Below, one piece after another: positions 29,880 through 40,583 of a DNA stretch of 64,000 nt. Numbering within the stretch: position 1 is the stretch's first letter; each line of letters opens with the position of its first letter. The stretch is from Gammaproteobacteria bacterium (GTDB lineage Bacteria > Pseudomonadota > Gammaproteobacteria > Eutrophobiales > Eutrophobiaceae), in contig OZ244905.1 of assembly GCA_965221695.1 (NCBI GenBank), forward strand, positions 2,176,001 to 2,240,000, given 5' to 3'. The translations under genes were made by a program, and so were the position numbers. Under the pieces are notes generated by a model. It was not told the origin of the DNA, did no database searches, and saw only the letters and a list, made by a program, of their open reading frames with translations.

Positions 29880-30764
29880 ATGAGATTTCTGCCGCTTCGT
29901 CCATTTTTATACTCGCTAGCGCTGCATATCTTAGTGATCAGCGCGTTGGTCGTTAATTTTGACACCCGGCGCGCGCCCGTTTTTAAGCCCAAACCCAGGG
30001 AAAACATCGTTGAGGCAGTGACAGTCGATGACCAGGCTGTAGAAAACGAATTGCAACGGCTCAGGGAGCAGGAGCTGGAAAAACAGCGAGCCATGGAAAA
30101 AAAGCTGAACGAGCTGGAGCAACAAGCCAGCGCCGCGGAAGAGCGACGCAGACAAGAGGAAAAAAAGAAGCAGGCAGCGGAACGTAAGCGCAAGGAAGAA
30201 GAACAGCGCAAGCGCGAGGCAGAGAAACAGCGTAAGGAAGAAGAACGCAAAACCGCAGCAGAGCGCAAACGCATCGAAGCGGACAAACGTAAGGCCGAAG
30301 CGGAGCTAAAACGAATAGAAGAAGATAAACGCAAGGCCGAAGCGGAACGCAAACGTATCGAAGAAGAAAAACGCAGGGCCGAGGCGGAGCGGCAAAAGAG
30401 AGCAGAAGAAAAGAAGAAACAAGAGGCGGAAGCTGCGCGGCGCAAACAACTCGCGCAGGAACAGTTGGCGCGGGATAAAATACTTCTGCAAAATATCGTC
30501 GCGGAAATTTATCAGGCGGTGGTCGGAAACTTTAACAAAACCGGTTTGCCTAAAGGACTGGAATGCGTATTATCAGTGCAAACCATACCTGGTGGCGAAG
30601 TGATCAACGTGACCATTAATAAACCTAGCGGCAATGAAGTATTTGACAGAAGAGCCGTCACCGCGGTCGAGAAGGCCTCGCCGTTGCCGTTGCCTTCGGA
30701 CCCGGCAGTTTTTGAGCGCTTGCGCCTGAGGAAGTTCAATTTCATATTTAAACCCGAGGACTGA
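29880..30764 (+). CDS. tolA: TolA
   Basis: N-terminal TM with S..LH, K/E/R/A-rich helical repeats, C-terminal SG...FDR.A..AV domain. Confidence 0.93.
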   Translation: MRFLPLRPFLYSLALHILVISALVVNFDTRRAPVFKPKPRENIVEAVTVDDQAVENELQRLREQELEKQRAMEKKLNELEQQASAAEERRRQEEKKKQAAERKRKEEEQRKREAEKQRKEEERKTAAERKRIEADKRKAEAELKRIEEDKRKAEAERKRIEEEKRRAEAERQKRAEEKKKQEAEAARRKQLAQEQLARDKILLQNIVAEIYQAVVGNFNKTGLPKGLECVLSVQTIPGGEVINVTINKPSGNEVFDRRAVTAVEKASPLPLPSDPAVFERLRLRKFNFIFKPED

Positions 30765-30768
30765 TAGC

Positions 30769-32073
30769 GTGAGACTCATCGGCTGCCTGTTCATTCTGTT
30801 CCTGTTGCTCTCGATACGGGCGCAGGCCCAGGGTGAACTGGAAATTATTATCGATACCGGCATTGAAAACACCTTACCGGTTGCGATTATCCCTTTTGGT
30901 TGGAACGGGGCGCCCGGCGAACAGCCGATTGATCTGCATACGACCATTGCTAACAACCTGTCAAGAAGTGGACGTTTTGCCACTATGAACGTGAACGAAA
31001 TGCCGCAGCGACCGGTGGAATTCGGACATGTCAGTTTCAGGGACTGGCAATTGCTGCGCATGGAAAACATCGTCATCGGCAACCTGACACAGACGCTGTC
31101 CGGGGACTACGAGATTGAATTCAGACTGTTGGACGTGTATAAGGCAAGCCAGTTAACCGGATTCCGGCTCAAGTCCACACGCGCGCAATTGCGCCGGAAC
31201 GCGCACCGCATCAGCGATATCATCTTTGAAAAACTCACCGGCGTGCGCGGCGCTTTCGATACCCGTATCGCCTACGTAACGGTGACGCAGGATTCGACCG
31301 GACAAGCGCGGCACAGCCTGCAAATCGCTGACGCTGACGGCTTCAATCCGATAACGCTGCTCGAATCGGAGCAGGCGCTGATGTCGCCGGCCTGGTCGCC
31401 GGATGGAAAATATCTCGCCTATGTTTCCTTTGAAGGGAACAACTCCTCGGTCTTCGTACAAAATATCCGCACCGGCCAACGGGAAGAGGTGGCTGCCCAC
31501 GCAGGCATCAACAGCGCGCCGGCGTTCTCCCCGGACGGCAGCCGGCTGGCCCTGACCCTGTCAAAAGACGGCAACCCGGAAATCTACTTGCTGCGTTTGG
31601 CCGATAATACGTTGCAACGCATCACCCGCCACCGCGCCATAGATACCGAACCGAACTGGTCGCCGGACGGCAGCCGGCTTGTTTTTACCTCCGATCGCGG
31701 CGGCACGCCGCAGATCTATGAAATCGACCTGCAAGACGGCGCGCCGAAACGGCTTACTTTCGAGGGATCATATTTCGCACGGCCGCGTTATTCTCCCTAC
31801 GGCGCCGGCATTACCATGGTTTACGGGTCTAAAGGAAAGTATCGGATAGCCTATCTCGATCTTGGTAACGGCAGTCTGAGCATCCTGACAAATAATCGCT
31901 TGGATGAATCCCCCAGTTTTTCCCCCAACGGCAGTATGATCATTTATGCCACCACCGGCCGCTACGGTTCCGAGCTGGCGGCAGTTTCCGCGGATGGCGA
32001 AGTACATCAGCGCCTCGCCCTGCAGGACGGCGAAGTGCGCGAGCCGGCCTGGGGGCCATTTCCATCGGACTGA
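30769..32073 (+). CDS. tolB: TolB
   Basis: LTGVRGAFDTRIAYV, repeated SPAWSPDG propeller motifs. Confidence 0.97.
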   Translation: MRLIGCLFILFLLLSIRAQAQGELEIIIDTGIENTLPVAIIPFGWNGAPGEQPIDLHTTIANNLSRSGRFATMNVNEMPQRPVEFGHVSFRDWQLLRMENIVIGNLTQTLSGDYEIEFRLLDVYKASQLTGFRLKSTRAQLRRNAHRISDIIFEKLTGVRGAFDTRIAYVTVTQDSTGQARHSLQIADADGFNPITLLESEQALMSPAWSPDGKYLAYVSFEGNNSSVFVQNIRTGQREEVAAHAGINSAPAFSPDGSRLALTLSKDGNPEIYLLRLADNTLQRITRHRAIDTEPNWSPDGSRLVFTSDRGGTPQIYEIDLQDGAPKRLTFEGSYFARPRYSPYGAGITMVYGSKGKYRIAYLDLGNGSLSILTNNRLDESPSFSPNGSMIIYATTGRYGSELAAVSADGEVHQRLALQDGEVREPAWGPFPSD

Positions 32074-32191
32074 AATAAGGGCGTTTTGCGCTCAAATTCG
32101 ATAAATTACCATAACTCATTGGCAGCAAACATCTATTCGATGCTGACAAGCGAATTGGTAATGAGATATTCGGGTTAATCATAGGTCTTAA

Positions 32192-32240
32192 TTAAGGAAG
32201 CTCTGAACAAGTCCATCCTGGATGTGTCAGAGGCGTGTTA
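32192..32240. repeat. IS5-like MITE remnant, copy 3
   Basis: TTAAGGAAGCTCTGAACAAGTCCATCCTGGA...TCAGAGG. Confidence 0.6.
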
Positions 32241-32337
32241 TGTTCCTATTGACAATGGATTGTGCTAATCTGTCAGTTATGCCATCACTGCCACTGCGCA
32301 TCAATTGATGAGTAGTTCTGATAATCGGAGATCGCTA

Positions 32338-32886
32338 ATGATAAGACAATTTCTGCTGCTGCTTGTAGTTGGCCTGTTCATCACGGCCTGTGCCACCACA
32401 CCTGAACAGGATCAAGCCCCGGAGGTGGTAGACAAGTCTGACCTGGCCGACAGAACAGATGACGACGCCACTGCAGAAGCCGGTAGCGAAACACAGACAT
32501 TCGGCGCGCAAGGAGACCCGGCCACTGCGCTGGAACAACTGGACAATCCGGAAAGCCTGCTGTCTGTGCGCATCATTTATTTTGACTACGACAGCAGCGC
32601 CGTGATCGCGCAATTTGATGAGATCGTCCGCGCCCATGCCGGATTTCTTCAGGCCAATCCTGGAGTGGGTGTCACCCTGGAGGGACATGCCGATGAGCGC
32701 GGGTCACGCGAATACAATCTTGCCTTGGGCGAACGGCGCGCGTTGGCGGTCAAACAGCAGTTGGTTGTGCTGGGCGCCTCCCCGGGGCAGATCAACACTG
32801 TGAGTTACGGAGAAGAGCGACCTGCCGACCCCGGCCACGACGAGCAATCCTGGGGGTTGAACAGACGCGTGGAATTAGTTTACTGA
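32338..32886 (+). CDS. pal: Peptidoglycan-associated lipoprotein Pal
   Basis: Lipobox ITAC; IYFDYD, EGHADERGSREYNLALGERRA, VSYGEERP, NRRVE. Confidence 0.97.
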   Translation: MIRQFLLLLVVGLFITACATTPEQDQAPEVVDKSDLADRTDDDATAEAGSETQTFGAQGDPATALEQLDNPESLLSVRIIYFDYDSSAVIAQFDEIVRAHAGFLQANPGVGVTLEGHADERGSREYNLALGERRALAVKQQLVVLGASPGQINTVSYGEERPADPGHDEQSWGLNRRVELVY

Positions 32887-32897
32887 GCCGATAACCG

Positions 32898-34058
32898 ATG
32901 CGGGCTGAAGCACAGGCGGTCATCCCGCTCATTGTCGCCCTGGCCGGCGTTAACGGATCGGGCGCGCAGGAGCAGGTCACCGACCCCGGGATGAGCGTCG
33001 AGCAACGCCTCGATCGTATTGATAGCGCGCTCTCCAACCAGGGCCTGCTGGAAATGGTGCAGCAGCTTCATGCCTTGGAAATGGAGGTCAATCGCCTGCG
33101 CGGCGAGACGGAAACGCTAAACCACGCGCTTGAGCAATTGAAAAAGCGGCAGCGTGATATGTATACGGACATGGACATGCGCATACAGCGTTTCGAAGAC
33201 CCGGATACCACACTCATCGGCGCCGCGCCGGCGAACGACGAGCCGCCGTTGCAAACCCTGTCGCCGTTTGCAGAGGCAGAACCAACAGGCGCCGCGCAGG
33301 CCGAAACGCCATTGACCCTGGAACTGGTCGGGCAGGAATCGGACCGCGCCGGCGCCGGCATACAGCCTTTAGCCACTGTTCCGGACCAATCGGCGGCGCA
33401 GCCGGGTATTGAGACCGCCCCGCCGCCAACTACGGGAACCAGCCGCACGCAAGAAGCAATCGCTCCCTTGACAGCTCCCTCGGACGAGCCGCCGCAACAG
33501 GCTATTGATCCTGCTTTGGCGCCCGGACCCGCTCCGGCGCAGGAGATGGCGTTGTCTGGACCACGAGAAGACATTTCCGCAGTAACGCCGACGCAGCAAC
33601 CGGCAGCGCCAGGAATGTCCGCGAGCATGGCCACGGGAGCGCTAGAGGAAGCGAGTCCGGAACAGATTGCGGCGGAATACCAGGACGCCTTCAACCTGCT
33701 GAAACAGTCCCTGTATGAGCGTTCGGTGACGGCGTTTCGGGAATTTCTGGCGCGCCATCCGAACAGCGAACACGCCGGCAATGCCCAGTTCTGGCTGGCC
33801 GAGGCGCACTACGTGAATGGTTACTTCGAGCAGGCGCTGGTCGAATATAACACACTGGCGCAGCGCTACCCCGATAGCCGCAAACTCTCCCAGGCAAAAC
33901 TGAAGGCCGCGTTCTGCCAGTATGAACTGGGCCGAGTAGACCCTGCCAGGCAGCGATTGGTGGAAATCATTCAGCAATATCCGGACACGACGGCCGCCAG
34001 CCTGGCGCAGAACAAGCTGGCAGAGATCGCAGCGGCGGCTACTCTCCCAGTTGAATAG
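32898..34058 (+). CDS. cpoB: Tol-Pal protein CpoB/YbgF with a long Pro/Ala-rich linker
   Basis: N-terminal coiled coil (LRGETE...QRDMYTDMD.R); C-terminal TPRs (NAQFWLAE, YPDSRK). Confidence 0.92.
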   Translation: MRAEAQAVIPLIVALAGVNGSGAQEQVTDPGMSVEQRLDRIDSALSNQGLLEMVQQLHALEMEVNRLRGETETLNHALEQLKKRQRDMYTDMDMRIQRFEDPDTTLIGAAPANDEPPLQTLSPFAEAEPTGAAQAETPLTLELVGQESDRAGAGIQPLATVPDQSAAQPGIETAPPPTTGTSRTQEAIAPLTAPSDEPPQQAIDPALAPGPAPAQEMALSGPREDISAVTPTQQPAAPGMSASMATGALEEASPEQIAAEYQDAFNLLKQSLYERSVTAFREFLARHPNSEHAGNAQFWLAEAHYVNGYFEQALVEYNTLAQRYPDSRKLSQAKLKAAFCQYELGRVDPARQRLVEIIQQYPDTTAASLAQNKLAEIAAAATLPVE

Positions 34059-34210
34059 CTTTCAGGCTGTGACAGACGGGCTAACGCCCGCGCTCCCAGT
34101 GGTATGAGCAAGCCGCGTGAAGTCGGGCTTGGGTTCGCGGCTGTTGCGCACGCATACGGATGCAAGCACGCCCTACCAGCTATGCGCAAAAAACGCTCGC
34201 GGCAATTGTA

Positions 34211-34936
34211 TTAAGCTCCAAGATAATCTTCCAGTTGCGCCAGTCGCGCGGGAGTACCGATATCGAGCCAAAGACCCCCATAGAGCTCTCCGCTGACTTG
34301 CTGTGTTTGCATAGCCTGGCGCAGTAACGGCGCTAACGGAAAATGTGTCGCAGAGGCTGCGTCCTGTTGTGCTGATAGCTTGCCGTTTTTGAGGGAATGG
34401 CGGTATAGCGCCGTTTCAACGGACTTGAACAATGAGGGCCGATAAACGCCAATGCCGCTAAAAGTATGTTTGGGCGCGCCGGAATCGGACACATTCCCGT
34501 TTTGCAAAACGAAATCGCCCTGTGGGTGATGCGCCGGGTTGGCGACCAAAACCAGGTGCGCCTGGTCGGGGCGCGCCGATTTCAGCGTTTCCAGGGGAAA
34601 ATCTGTCCAGACATCGCCATTGATGACCAGGAAAGGCTCATTGCCCAGCAAGGGCAGCGCCCGTTTAATGCCGCCTCCGGTGCCAAGCGGGGAGTCGCCT
34701 TCCGGCGAGTAACGAATATTCACGCCAAACGCCGCGCCGTCGTCAAACCAAGCCTCGATACGCTTGCCAAAACAAGAATGATTAATCACCAGATCTGCAA
34801 TCCCGGCCCGCGCCAGGGCTTCCACGTGATGTTGTAATAACGGTTTGCCACCCACCGGCAACATCGGCTTGGGCAGGTTATTGGTCAGAGGACGCATTCT
34901 CTCGCCGCGTCCAGCCGCCAGGATCATTGCTTTCAT
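34211..34936 (-). CDS. murU: MurNAc-alpha-1-P uridylyltransferase (nucleotidyltransferase)
   Basis: MKAMILAAGRGERMRPLT..LPKP, NGDVWTD, LVANP.HHPQGDF, W.DIGTP.RL. Confidence 0.9.
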   Translation of the reverse strand: MKAMILAAGRGERMRPLTNNLPKPMLPVGGKPLLQHHVEALARAGIADLVINHSCFGKRIEAWFDDGAAFGVNIRYSPEGDSPLGTGGGIKRALPLLGNEPFLVINGDVWTDFPLETLKSARPDQAHLVLVANPAHHPQGDFVLQNGNVSDSGAPKHTFSGIGVYRPSLFKSVETALYRHSLKNGKLSAQQDAASATHFPLAPLLRQAMQTQQVSGELYGGLWLDIGTPARLAQLEDYLGA

Positions 34937-34974
34937 CAGTTGAATCGGAGATATGCGGTCTAATGATGATATTA

Positions 34975-35009
34975 TTAGGGAACCTCTGAGATTAAGTCAG
35001 AGGCTCCTT
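34975..35009. repeat. IS5-like MITE remnant hairpin, copy 4
   Basis: TTAGGGAACCTCTGAGATTAAGTCAGAGGCTCCTT. Confidence 0.65.
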
Positions 35010-35039
35010 GGAATAATACCATCTTCAGGACGTTTGAGT

Positions 35040-35984
35040 ATGTTGATAGCGGTGATAGCGACGCTGGGCGGTCTGGCCCTGCTGACATTGGGGGCGGACC
35101 GATTTGTTGCCGGCGCCGCAAACGCGGCGCGCGCGCTGGGCATATCTCCGCTGATCATCGGCCTGATCGTGGTGGGCGTTGCCACCTCCATGCCGGAGGT
35201 GTTTGTAGGCGGGGTAGCTGCATGGGACGGAAAAACCCGGATTGCGATAGGGAATGCCTTGGGCTCCAATATTGCCAACATCGGCCTGGTACTGGGCGCT
35301 ACCGCGTTGTTTGCGCCGTTGATGGTTCAGTCGCGCACCCTGCGCCGGGAATTTTTTTTCATGCTGGGGGCAATGCTGATTGCGCTGGCGCTGATGTTTG
35401 ACCTGCGCTTGACACGGGTTGACGGCCTGCTGCTGCTGGGCGCGTTAAGCGTGATGCTGGCTTGGATTGTAAAACAAGCAAGTCGCGACGCCGCTGCTGC
35501 GCGCGCCGCTGCCGCGCAGGATGGCGCTCTCAGCCTGGGCAAATCCGTCATCTCGATGTTGGTCGGATTGGTGGTGTTACTGGTAGGCGCTGAACTACTG
35601 GTGCGCGGCGCGGTCTATATTGCCAGGGAATTCGGCGTCAGCGACCTGGTCATTGGTTTGACTATCATTGCAGTCGGCACCAGCTTGCCGGAACTTGCCG
35701 CTTCCCTGATGAGCGTTGCCAGGAAAGAAATTGATATCGCTATCGGCAATGTGATCGGCTCCAATATGTTTAATATGCTGATGGTGTTGGGCATACCATG
35801 TATTATCTATCCTGATAGCTTCGGCAAGGAAGTCCTGTTGCGGGACTTCCTCGTTATGTCGGGGTTGACCCTGCTGATGGCGTGGATGGTGTTTCGCTCG
35901 GGTAAAAACAGGCGCAAGCGCGCGCAAGGCTTGCTATTGCTGTTATGCTTTGCCGGCTACCAGTACTGGCTGTTCCATGGGTAA
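35040..35984 (+). CDS. yrbG: Ca2+/Na+ antiporter (YrbG/CaCA family)
   Basis: Two alpha repeats: ATSMPE..GNALGSNIAN and GTSLPE..GNVIGSN. Confidence 0.93.
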   Translation: MLIAVIATLGGLALLTLGADRFVAGAANAARALGISPLIIGLIVVGVATSMPEVFVGGVAAWDGKTRIAIGNALGSNIANIGLVLGATALFAPLMVQSRTLRREFFFMLGAMLIALALMFDLRLTRVDGLLLLGALSVMLAWIVKQASRDAAAARAAAAQDGALSLGKSVISMLVGLVVLLVGAELLVRGAVYIAREFGVSDLVIGLTIIAVGTSLPELAASLMSVARKEIDIAIGNVIGSNMFNMLMVLGIPCIIYPDSFGKEVLLRDFLVMSGLTLLMAWMVFRSGKNRRKRAQGLLLLLCFAGYQYWLFHG

Positions 35985-36026
35985 TCCCGGCCTGGAGAAA
36001 AACATGCCAAACCCTGATGCCATGAT

Positions 36027-36108
36027 TTATGGAAGCTCTGAACAAATCCGCCCAGGACTTGTCACAGACGGCGCATCCCTGTACCGTTTGTTAATCAAGG
36101 GTTCCTTA
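36027..36108. repeat. IS5-like MITE remnant, copy 5 (longest)
   Basis: GGAAGCTCTGAACAAATCC...TTAATCAAGGGTTCCTTA. Confidence 0.62.
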
Positions 36109-37139
36109 TGAGAAGCGTTGAAAAAATGTCTCCTGTGGGACCGTCTCTGGCGCCCGGGACAGTCAAACAAGCGGATCCTGAACAGCTGATACGAGCTGCC
36201 CGCGCGGTCATCGACACGGAAACACAGGCGGTAAGCGCCCTGAAGCAGCGTATAGACAGCCACTTTGTCGGCGCATGCCAATTGATCCTGGCCTGCGAGG
36301 GAAGGGTAGTGGCGCTGGGCATGGGCAAGTCGGGCCACATCGGCCAGAAAATTGCGTCAACGCTTGCCAGCACGGGCACGCCGTCTTTTTTTGTCCACCC
36401 CGCTGAGGCAGGCCATGGCGACCTGGGCATGATCGCCCGGGGCGATGTGGTCATTGCCTTGTCCAACTCCGGCGAAACCGCAGAGATCAGCGCCTTGTTG
36501 CCAGTGATAAAACGTCTGGATATACCACTGATTGCGCTGACCGGCAATTCCGCGTCCACACTGGGAACGGCCGCCACGGTTTGCCTGGACGTCAGCGTCG
36601 CCAGAGAAGCCTGCCCATTGGGTCTGGCGCCGACGGCCAGCACCACCGCGTGCCTGGCGCTTGGCGACGCCCTGGCCATTGCGCTGCTGCAGGCCCGAGG
36701 GTTCAACGCCGAAGATTTTGCCCGCTCTCACCCCAAGGGCTCCCTGGGAAGACGCCTGGCATCGGTGCGCGATATTATGCATACCGGGAAGGAAATGCCT
36801 AAGGTGAGCGAGCAGACCCTGCTGAGTCGGACATTGCTCGAAATGAGCGCAAAAGGACTGGGTATGACCGCAGTGCTGAATGAACAGGGCGAAGTCTCGG
36901 GTATATTTACCGATGGCGACCTGCGCAGGGCCCTTGATGCGGGTTTCGATGTTCACACCACCACCACCGCCGAAGTGATGACAAAAAACCCCAGAACGAT
37001 TGGTGAAAACTGCCTGGCCGCCGAGGCTTTACAACTGATGGAACATTACCGGATTAATGCCTTGCTGGCGCTGGATAAGGATCAACGGCTTGCAGGCGTT
37101 CTGAACATGCACGATCTGCTGCGCGCGCAAACCCTATAA
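36108..37139 (+). CDS. kdsD: Arabinose-5-phosphate isomerase
   Basis: GMGKSGHIG.KIASTLASTGTP, HGDLG, EACPLGLAPTAST; CBS pair. Confidence 0.97.
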   Translation: MRSVEKMSPVGPSLAPGTVKQADPEQLIRAARAVIDTETQAVSALKQRIDSHFVGACQLILACEGRVVALGMGKSGHIGQKIASTLASTGTPSFFVHPAEAGHGDLGMIARGDVVIALSNSGETAEISALLPVIKRLDIPLIALTGNSASTLGTAATVCLDVSVAREACPLGLAPTASTTACLALGDALAIALLQARGFNAEDFARSHPKGSLGRRLASVRDIMHTGKEMPKVSEQTLLSRTLLEMSAKGLGMTAVLNEQGEVSGIFTDGDLRRALDAGFDVHTTTTAEVMTKNPRTIGENCLAAEALQLMEHYRINALLALDKDQRLAGVLNMHDLLRAQTL

Positions 37140-37142
37140 GCA

Positions 37143-37739
37143 ATGGTTCAACGACTGCTGATACTGGCATTGCTGATCGGCGCGGCTGCCGGCAGCGCAT
37201 GGCTATTGAACTGGTTGTCCGCAGACGCTGATCGTGCGGCGCGAGCCGATGCTCAGGCGCCGGACTATTACATGGAAGATTTCACCACACTGACCATGAA
37301 CCAGGACGGCAAACCGAAAAACAAACTATCGGCGCAACGTCTCGAACATTATCCGTATAACGACGTCACCGAACTTCTCAGGCCGCGCGTGGAATTTTTC
37401 AGAGAGAATGAACTCCCGATCTATATCGATGCCGAAAAAGGACGCCTGATAGGAGATAATGATAACATTCTGTTGTCCGGCATTGTCAAAATGTGGGAAT
37501 ACGATGAGACGGGGAGTCCTGTGCTGGAAGTCAGCGCCTCCCAGGTTAAAGTATCGCTTGACGAGGAATATGCGGAAACAGACAACTATACGACCATTGT
37601 AACCGGCAACGCGGTCATCACCGGAAAGGGTATGCGCGCGTATTTGCCTGAAAGCCGACTGGAAGTAATCAAGCATGAAAAAACCATTATTAACCCGGAT
37701 TCATCGCCAACCGAAGCCAATGTCGCGCCGCGCAGTTGA
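37143..37739 (+). CDS. lptC: LPS export protein LptC
   Basis: N-terminal TM, PDYYME.F, HYP..D motif; synteny. Confidence 0.9.
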   Translation: MVQRLLILALLIGAAAGSAWLLNWLSADADRAARADAQAPDYYMEDFTTLTMNQDGKPKNKLSAQRLEHYPYNDVTELLRPRVEFFRENELPIYIDAEKGRLIGDNDNILLSGIVKMWEYDETGSPVLEVSASQVKVSLDEEYAETDNYTTIVTGNAVITGKGMRAYLPESRLEVIKHEKTIINPDSSPTEANVAPRS

Positions 37740-38265
37740 CATATTTTTACTCTTGTCCTGCCTGCTCGGGAGCTTGACGGCGTTTTCCCTGTCTACGGAT
37801 AAGGATCAGCCCATAGAGGTTGAGGCTGACGAAGCCGAACTCGATGATAAGAATGATGTCAGCATTTACCGTGGTAATGTGATTGTGCGCCAAGGTTCCA
37901 TCCACATGACCGGCGATGTCATGACGGTTTACAGCAAGGGCGGAGATGAACTGGACTATATTATCATCGAAGGCAATCCCGCAACCTATAAACAGTTGCC
38001 GGACAACAGCAGCGTGCATGATCAGGCAAAAGCAATGCGCATGGAATATCATGAGACGAAGAATCTCGTGGTGCTGATCCGGGATGCCTGGGTGAAGCAG
38101 GACACTTCGACCCTGGTGGGAGAAAGGATAGAGTACAATACCGAACAAAGCCGGGTAAAGGCGTGGAGCCGTCCCTCTGGCGAAGAAGCGGCAAGCGCGC
38201 CCTCTGCTGAACAAAAGGGTCGGGTGAAACTGATACTGAAAAAGAAAAAGGAACCCGATTCGTGA
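37720..38265 (+). CDS. lptA: LPS transport protein LptA
   Basis: [36 protein letters not shown]. Confidence 0.92.
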   Translation: MSRRAVDIFLLLSCLLGSLTAFSLSTDKDQPIEVEADEAELDDKNDVSIYRGNVIVRQGSIHMTGDVMTVYSKGGDELDYIIIEGNPATYKQLPDNSSVHDQAKAMRMEYHETKNLVVLIRDAWVKQDTSTLVGERIEYNTEQSRVKAWSRPSGEEAASAPSAEQKGRVKLILKKKKEPDS

Positions 38266-38281
38266 ATTGGTCTATGCCAGC

Positions 38282-39007
38282 ATGAGCGTTTTATCCGTAC
38301 AGGGCATATCCAAGTCATTCCGTTCACGCCAGGTGGTAAACGACATCTGCCTGACTGTGAACAGCAGTGAAATCGTTGGCTTGTTAGGCCCGAACGGGGC
38401 CGGTAAGACAACCAGTTTCCACATGATCGTCGGGCTGATACCCTGTGACAATGGTGAAATTTTCCTGGATGGAAAAGATATCAGCTTGTTACCCATGGAA
38501 AAGCGAGCGCGGCTCGGTTTGGGCTATTTACCCCAAGAGTCATCCATCTTCCGCAAGCTCACCGTAGAAGAAAACATCCTGGCTGTGCTCGAGTTGCGAA
38601 AGAACCTGAGCAAGGCGGAAGCCAAGCGGCGAACCGAAGCGCTGTTACACGAGTTCCACGTATCACACCTGCGCGACAGCCTGGGCTTGAGCCTGTCTGG
38701 CGGCGAGCGGCGGCGCGTGGAGATTGCCCGGGCGCTTGCCACAGAGCCCCAGTTTCTCTTGCTGGACGAACCGTTCGCAGGAATTGACCCCATCTCCATC
38801 AACGACATTCAACGGATAACAGGCTACCTGCGGGAAAAAGGCATAGGAATCCTGATCACCGATCACAATGTCTGGGAAGCCCTGGGCGCGTGCGACCGTG
38901 TGTATATCGTTAATGAAGGAAAGATCCTGGCAGAGGGAACGCCGGACGAAATCCTGGCCAATGAAACCGTCAGGGATGTGTACCTGGGTTTCGACTTCAG
39001 ACTTTAG
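38282..39007 (+). CDS. lptB: LPS export ABC ATPase LptB
   Basis: [52 protein letters not shown]. Confidence 0.97.
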   Translation: MSVLSVQGISKSFRSRQVVNDICLTVNSSEIVGLLGPNGAGKTTSFHMIVGLIPCDNGEIFLDGKDISLLPMEKRARLGLGYLPQESSIFRKLTVEENILAVLELRKNLSKAEAKRRTEALLHEFHVSHLRDSLGLSLSGGERRRVEIARALATEPQFLLLDEPFAGIDPISINDIQRITGYLREKGIGILITDHNVWEALGACDRVYIVNEGKILAEGTPDEILANETVRDVYLGFDFRL

Positions 39008-39058
39008 CTCGCCCCGTGTAATTTGGGGAATGATCGGGTTTTAAGCTAAACTTCAGGT

Positions 39059-40516
39059 ATGAAACAATCGCTGGCGCTCAAATTCAGTCAGGGCTTGACC
39101 ATGACGCCGCAACTGCAACAGGCCATCAGGATGTTGCAGTTGTCCAGCCTGGAATTGAACCTGGAAATACAGGGAGCGCTGGATTCCAATATGATGCTGG
39201 AATTGGACGAGGACAATCCGACCGGCCTGCAGGCCAACGGCGCTGAAACCGGCTCCGCGCAACTCGACGAGTCCGACTACCCGGAAACCTTCAATCAAGA
39301 CACCATCCCGGACGACTTGCCGGTTGATACCGTATGGGAAGATATCTATGATGCCGCGACCTATCAGCCACGCAGTGGCTTGGAGGCGCAGGTCTACGCG
39401 GAAGAGTACCGGGATAGCGGAGAGTGTAATCTCCAACGCCAGTTGCTGGCGCAACTTGATCTGGTCACACTGTCCGTCACCGACAAGGTTATTGCCATTG
39501 CCTTGATCGACGCAATTAATGACGACGGATACCTGACCGCAAGCCTGGAGGAAATCCGCGCCACCCTGTCTGCCGACTTCGATGTGGAAGAGGAAGAGGT
39601 ACAAGCGGCGTTACGCCTGGTTCAAACTTTTGAGCCGGCGGGAGTCGGCGCTCGCGACCTGTCCGAGTGTCTGAGCCTGCAACTGGCGCAACTGCCGCCG
39701 GACACCCCCTGGCTGGATGCGGCGCGCGTGCTGGCCGAGCAACATTTGCAATTGCTGGCCATGCGCGACTACAAACGTCTGGCGAAACGTATGAGCCTGG
39801 GGCGACAGGAACTCGAACAGGCGGCAGCATTGCTACAATCCCTGCGCCCGCGGCCCGGCAGTCAGGCGCAGGATACCCATGAGGAGTACGTGACACCAGA
39901 TGTGCTGGTAAAAAAAGCAGGAGCTTCCTGGAAGGTGGAACTGAATACAGACGCGCTACCACGCGTGCGCATCAACACAAACTATGCTGGCATGATCCGG
40001 CGCGCGGACAATAGCGCGGATAATGTTTCGCTGAAAAATCATTTGCAGGAGGCGCGCTGGTTCATCAAAAGTCTACAGAGCCGCAGCGAAACCCTGCTGC
40101 GGGTTGCCTCTTGTATTGTTGAGAAGCAACGCGCTTTTCTGGAATATGGCGAAGAAGCGATGAAACCGCTGGTATTGCATGATGTGGCTGAAAGTCTGGG
40201 CTTGCATGATTCGACCGTTTCAAGGGTGACTGCCAGTAAATACATGCATACGCCTCGAGGTGTATTTGAACTGAAATATTTTTTTTCCAGTCATGTGAAC
40301 ACAGATCAAGGCGGGACCTGCTCTGCCACGGCTATCCGCGCGCTCATCAAAAAACATATTCAGGCAGAAGATCCTGATAAACCATTGAGCGATAACAAAA
40401 TAGTCAAACTACTGGCGGAGCGCGGCATTCAGGTCGCGCGCAGGACCGTAGCAAAATACCGCGAAGCGCTATCAATACCATCATCAAGTGAGCGGAAAAG
40501 GACGAACTTATTTTAG
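39059..40516 (+). CDS. rpoN: RNA polymerase sigma-54 factor
   Basis: LTMTPQLQQAI, H.STVSR, RpoN box ARRTVAKYRE. Confidence 0.98.
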   Translation: MKQSLALKFSQGLTMTPQLQQAIRMLQLSSLELNLEIQGALDSNMMLELDEDNPTGLQANGAETGSAQLDESDYPETFNQDTIPDDLPVDTVWEDIYDAATYQPRSGLEAQVYAEEYRDSGECNLQRQLLAQLDLVTLSVTDKVIAIALIDAINDDGYLTASLEEIRATLSADFDVEEEEVQAALRLVQTFEPAGVGARDLSECLSLQLAQLPPDTPWLDAARVLAEQHLQLLAMRDYKRLAKRMSLGRQELEQAAALLQSLRPRPGSQAQDTHEEYVTPDVLVKKAGASWKVELNTDALPRVRINTNYAGMIRRADNSADNVSLKNHLQEARWFIKSLQSRSETLLRVASCIVEKQRAFLEYGEEAMKPLVLHDVAESLGLHDSTVSRVTASKYMHTPRGVFELKYFFSSHVNTDQGGTCSATAIRALIKKHIQAEDPDKPLSDNKIVKLLAERGIQVARRTVAKYREALSIPSSSERKRTNLF

Positions 40517-40583
40517 CCCGCATTTCCAGTTACTTTTTCCCTGAGTTTTCCAGGGAGTTTTTACCCACATGACGGAGGACATC

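Noticed and set aside
30130-30450. Tandem repeats in tolA
   Set aside because: Normal K/E/A/R-rich helical domain II of TolA.
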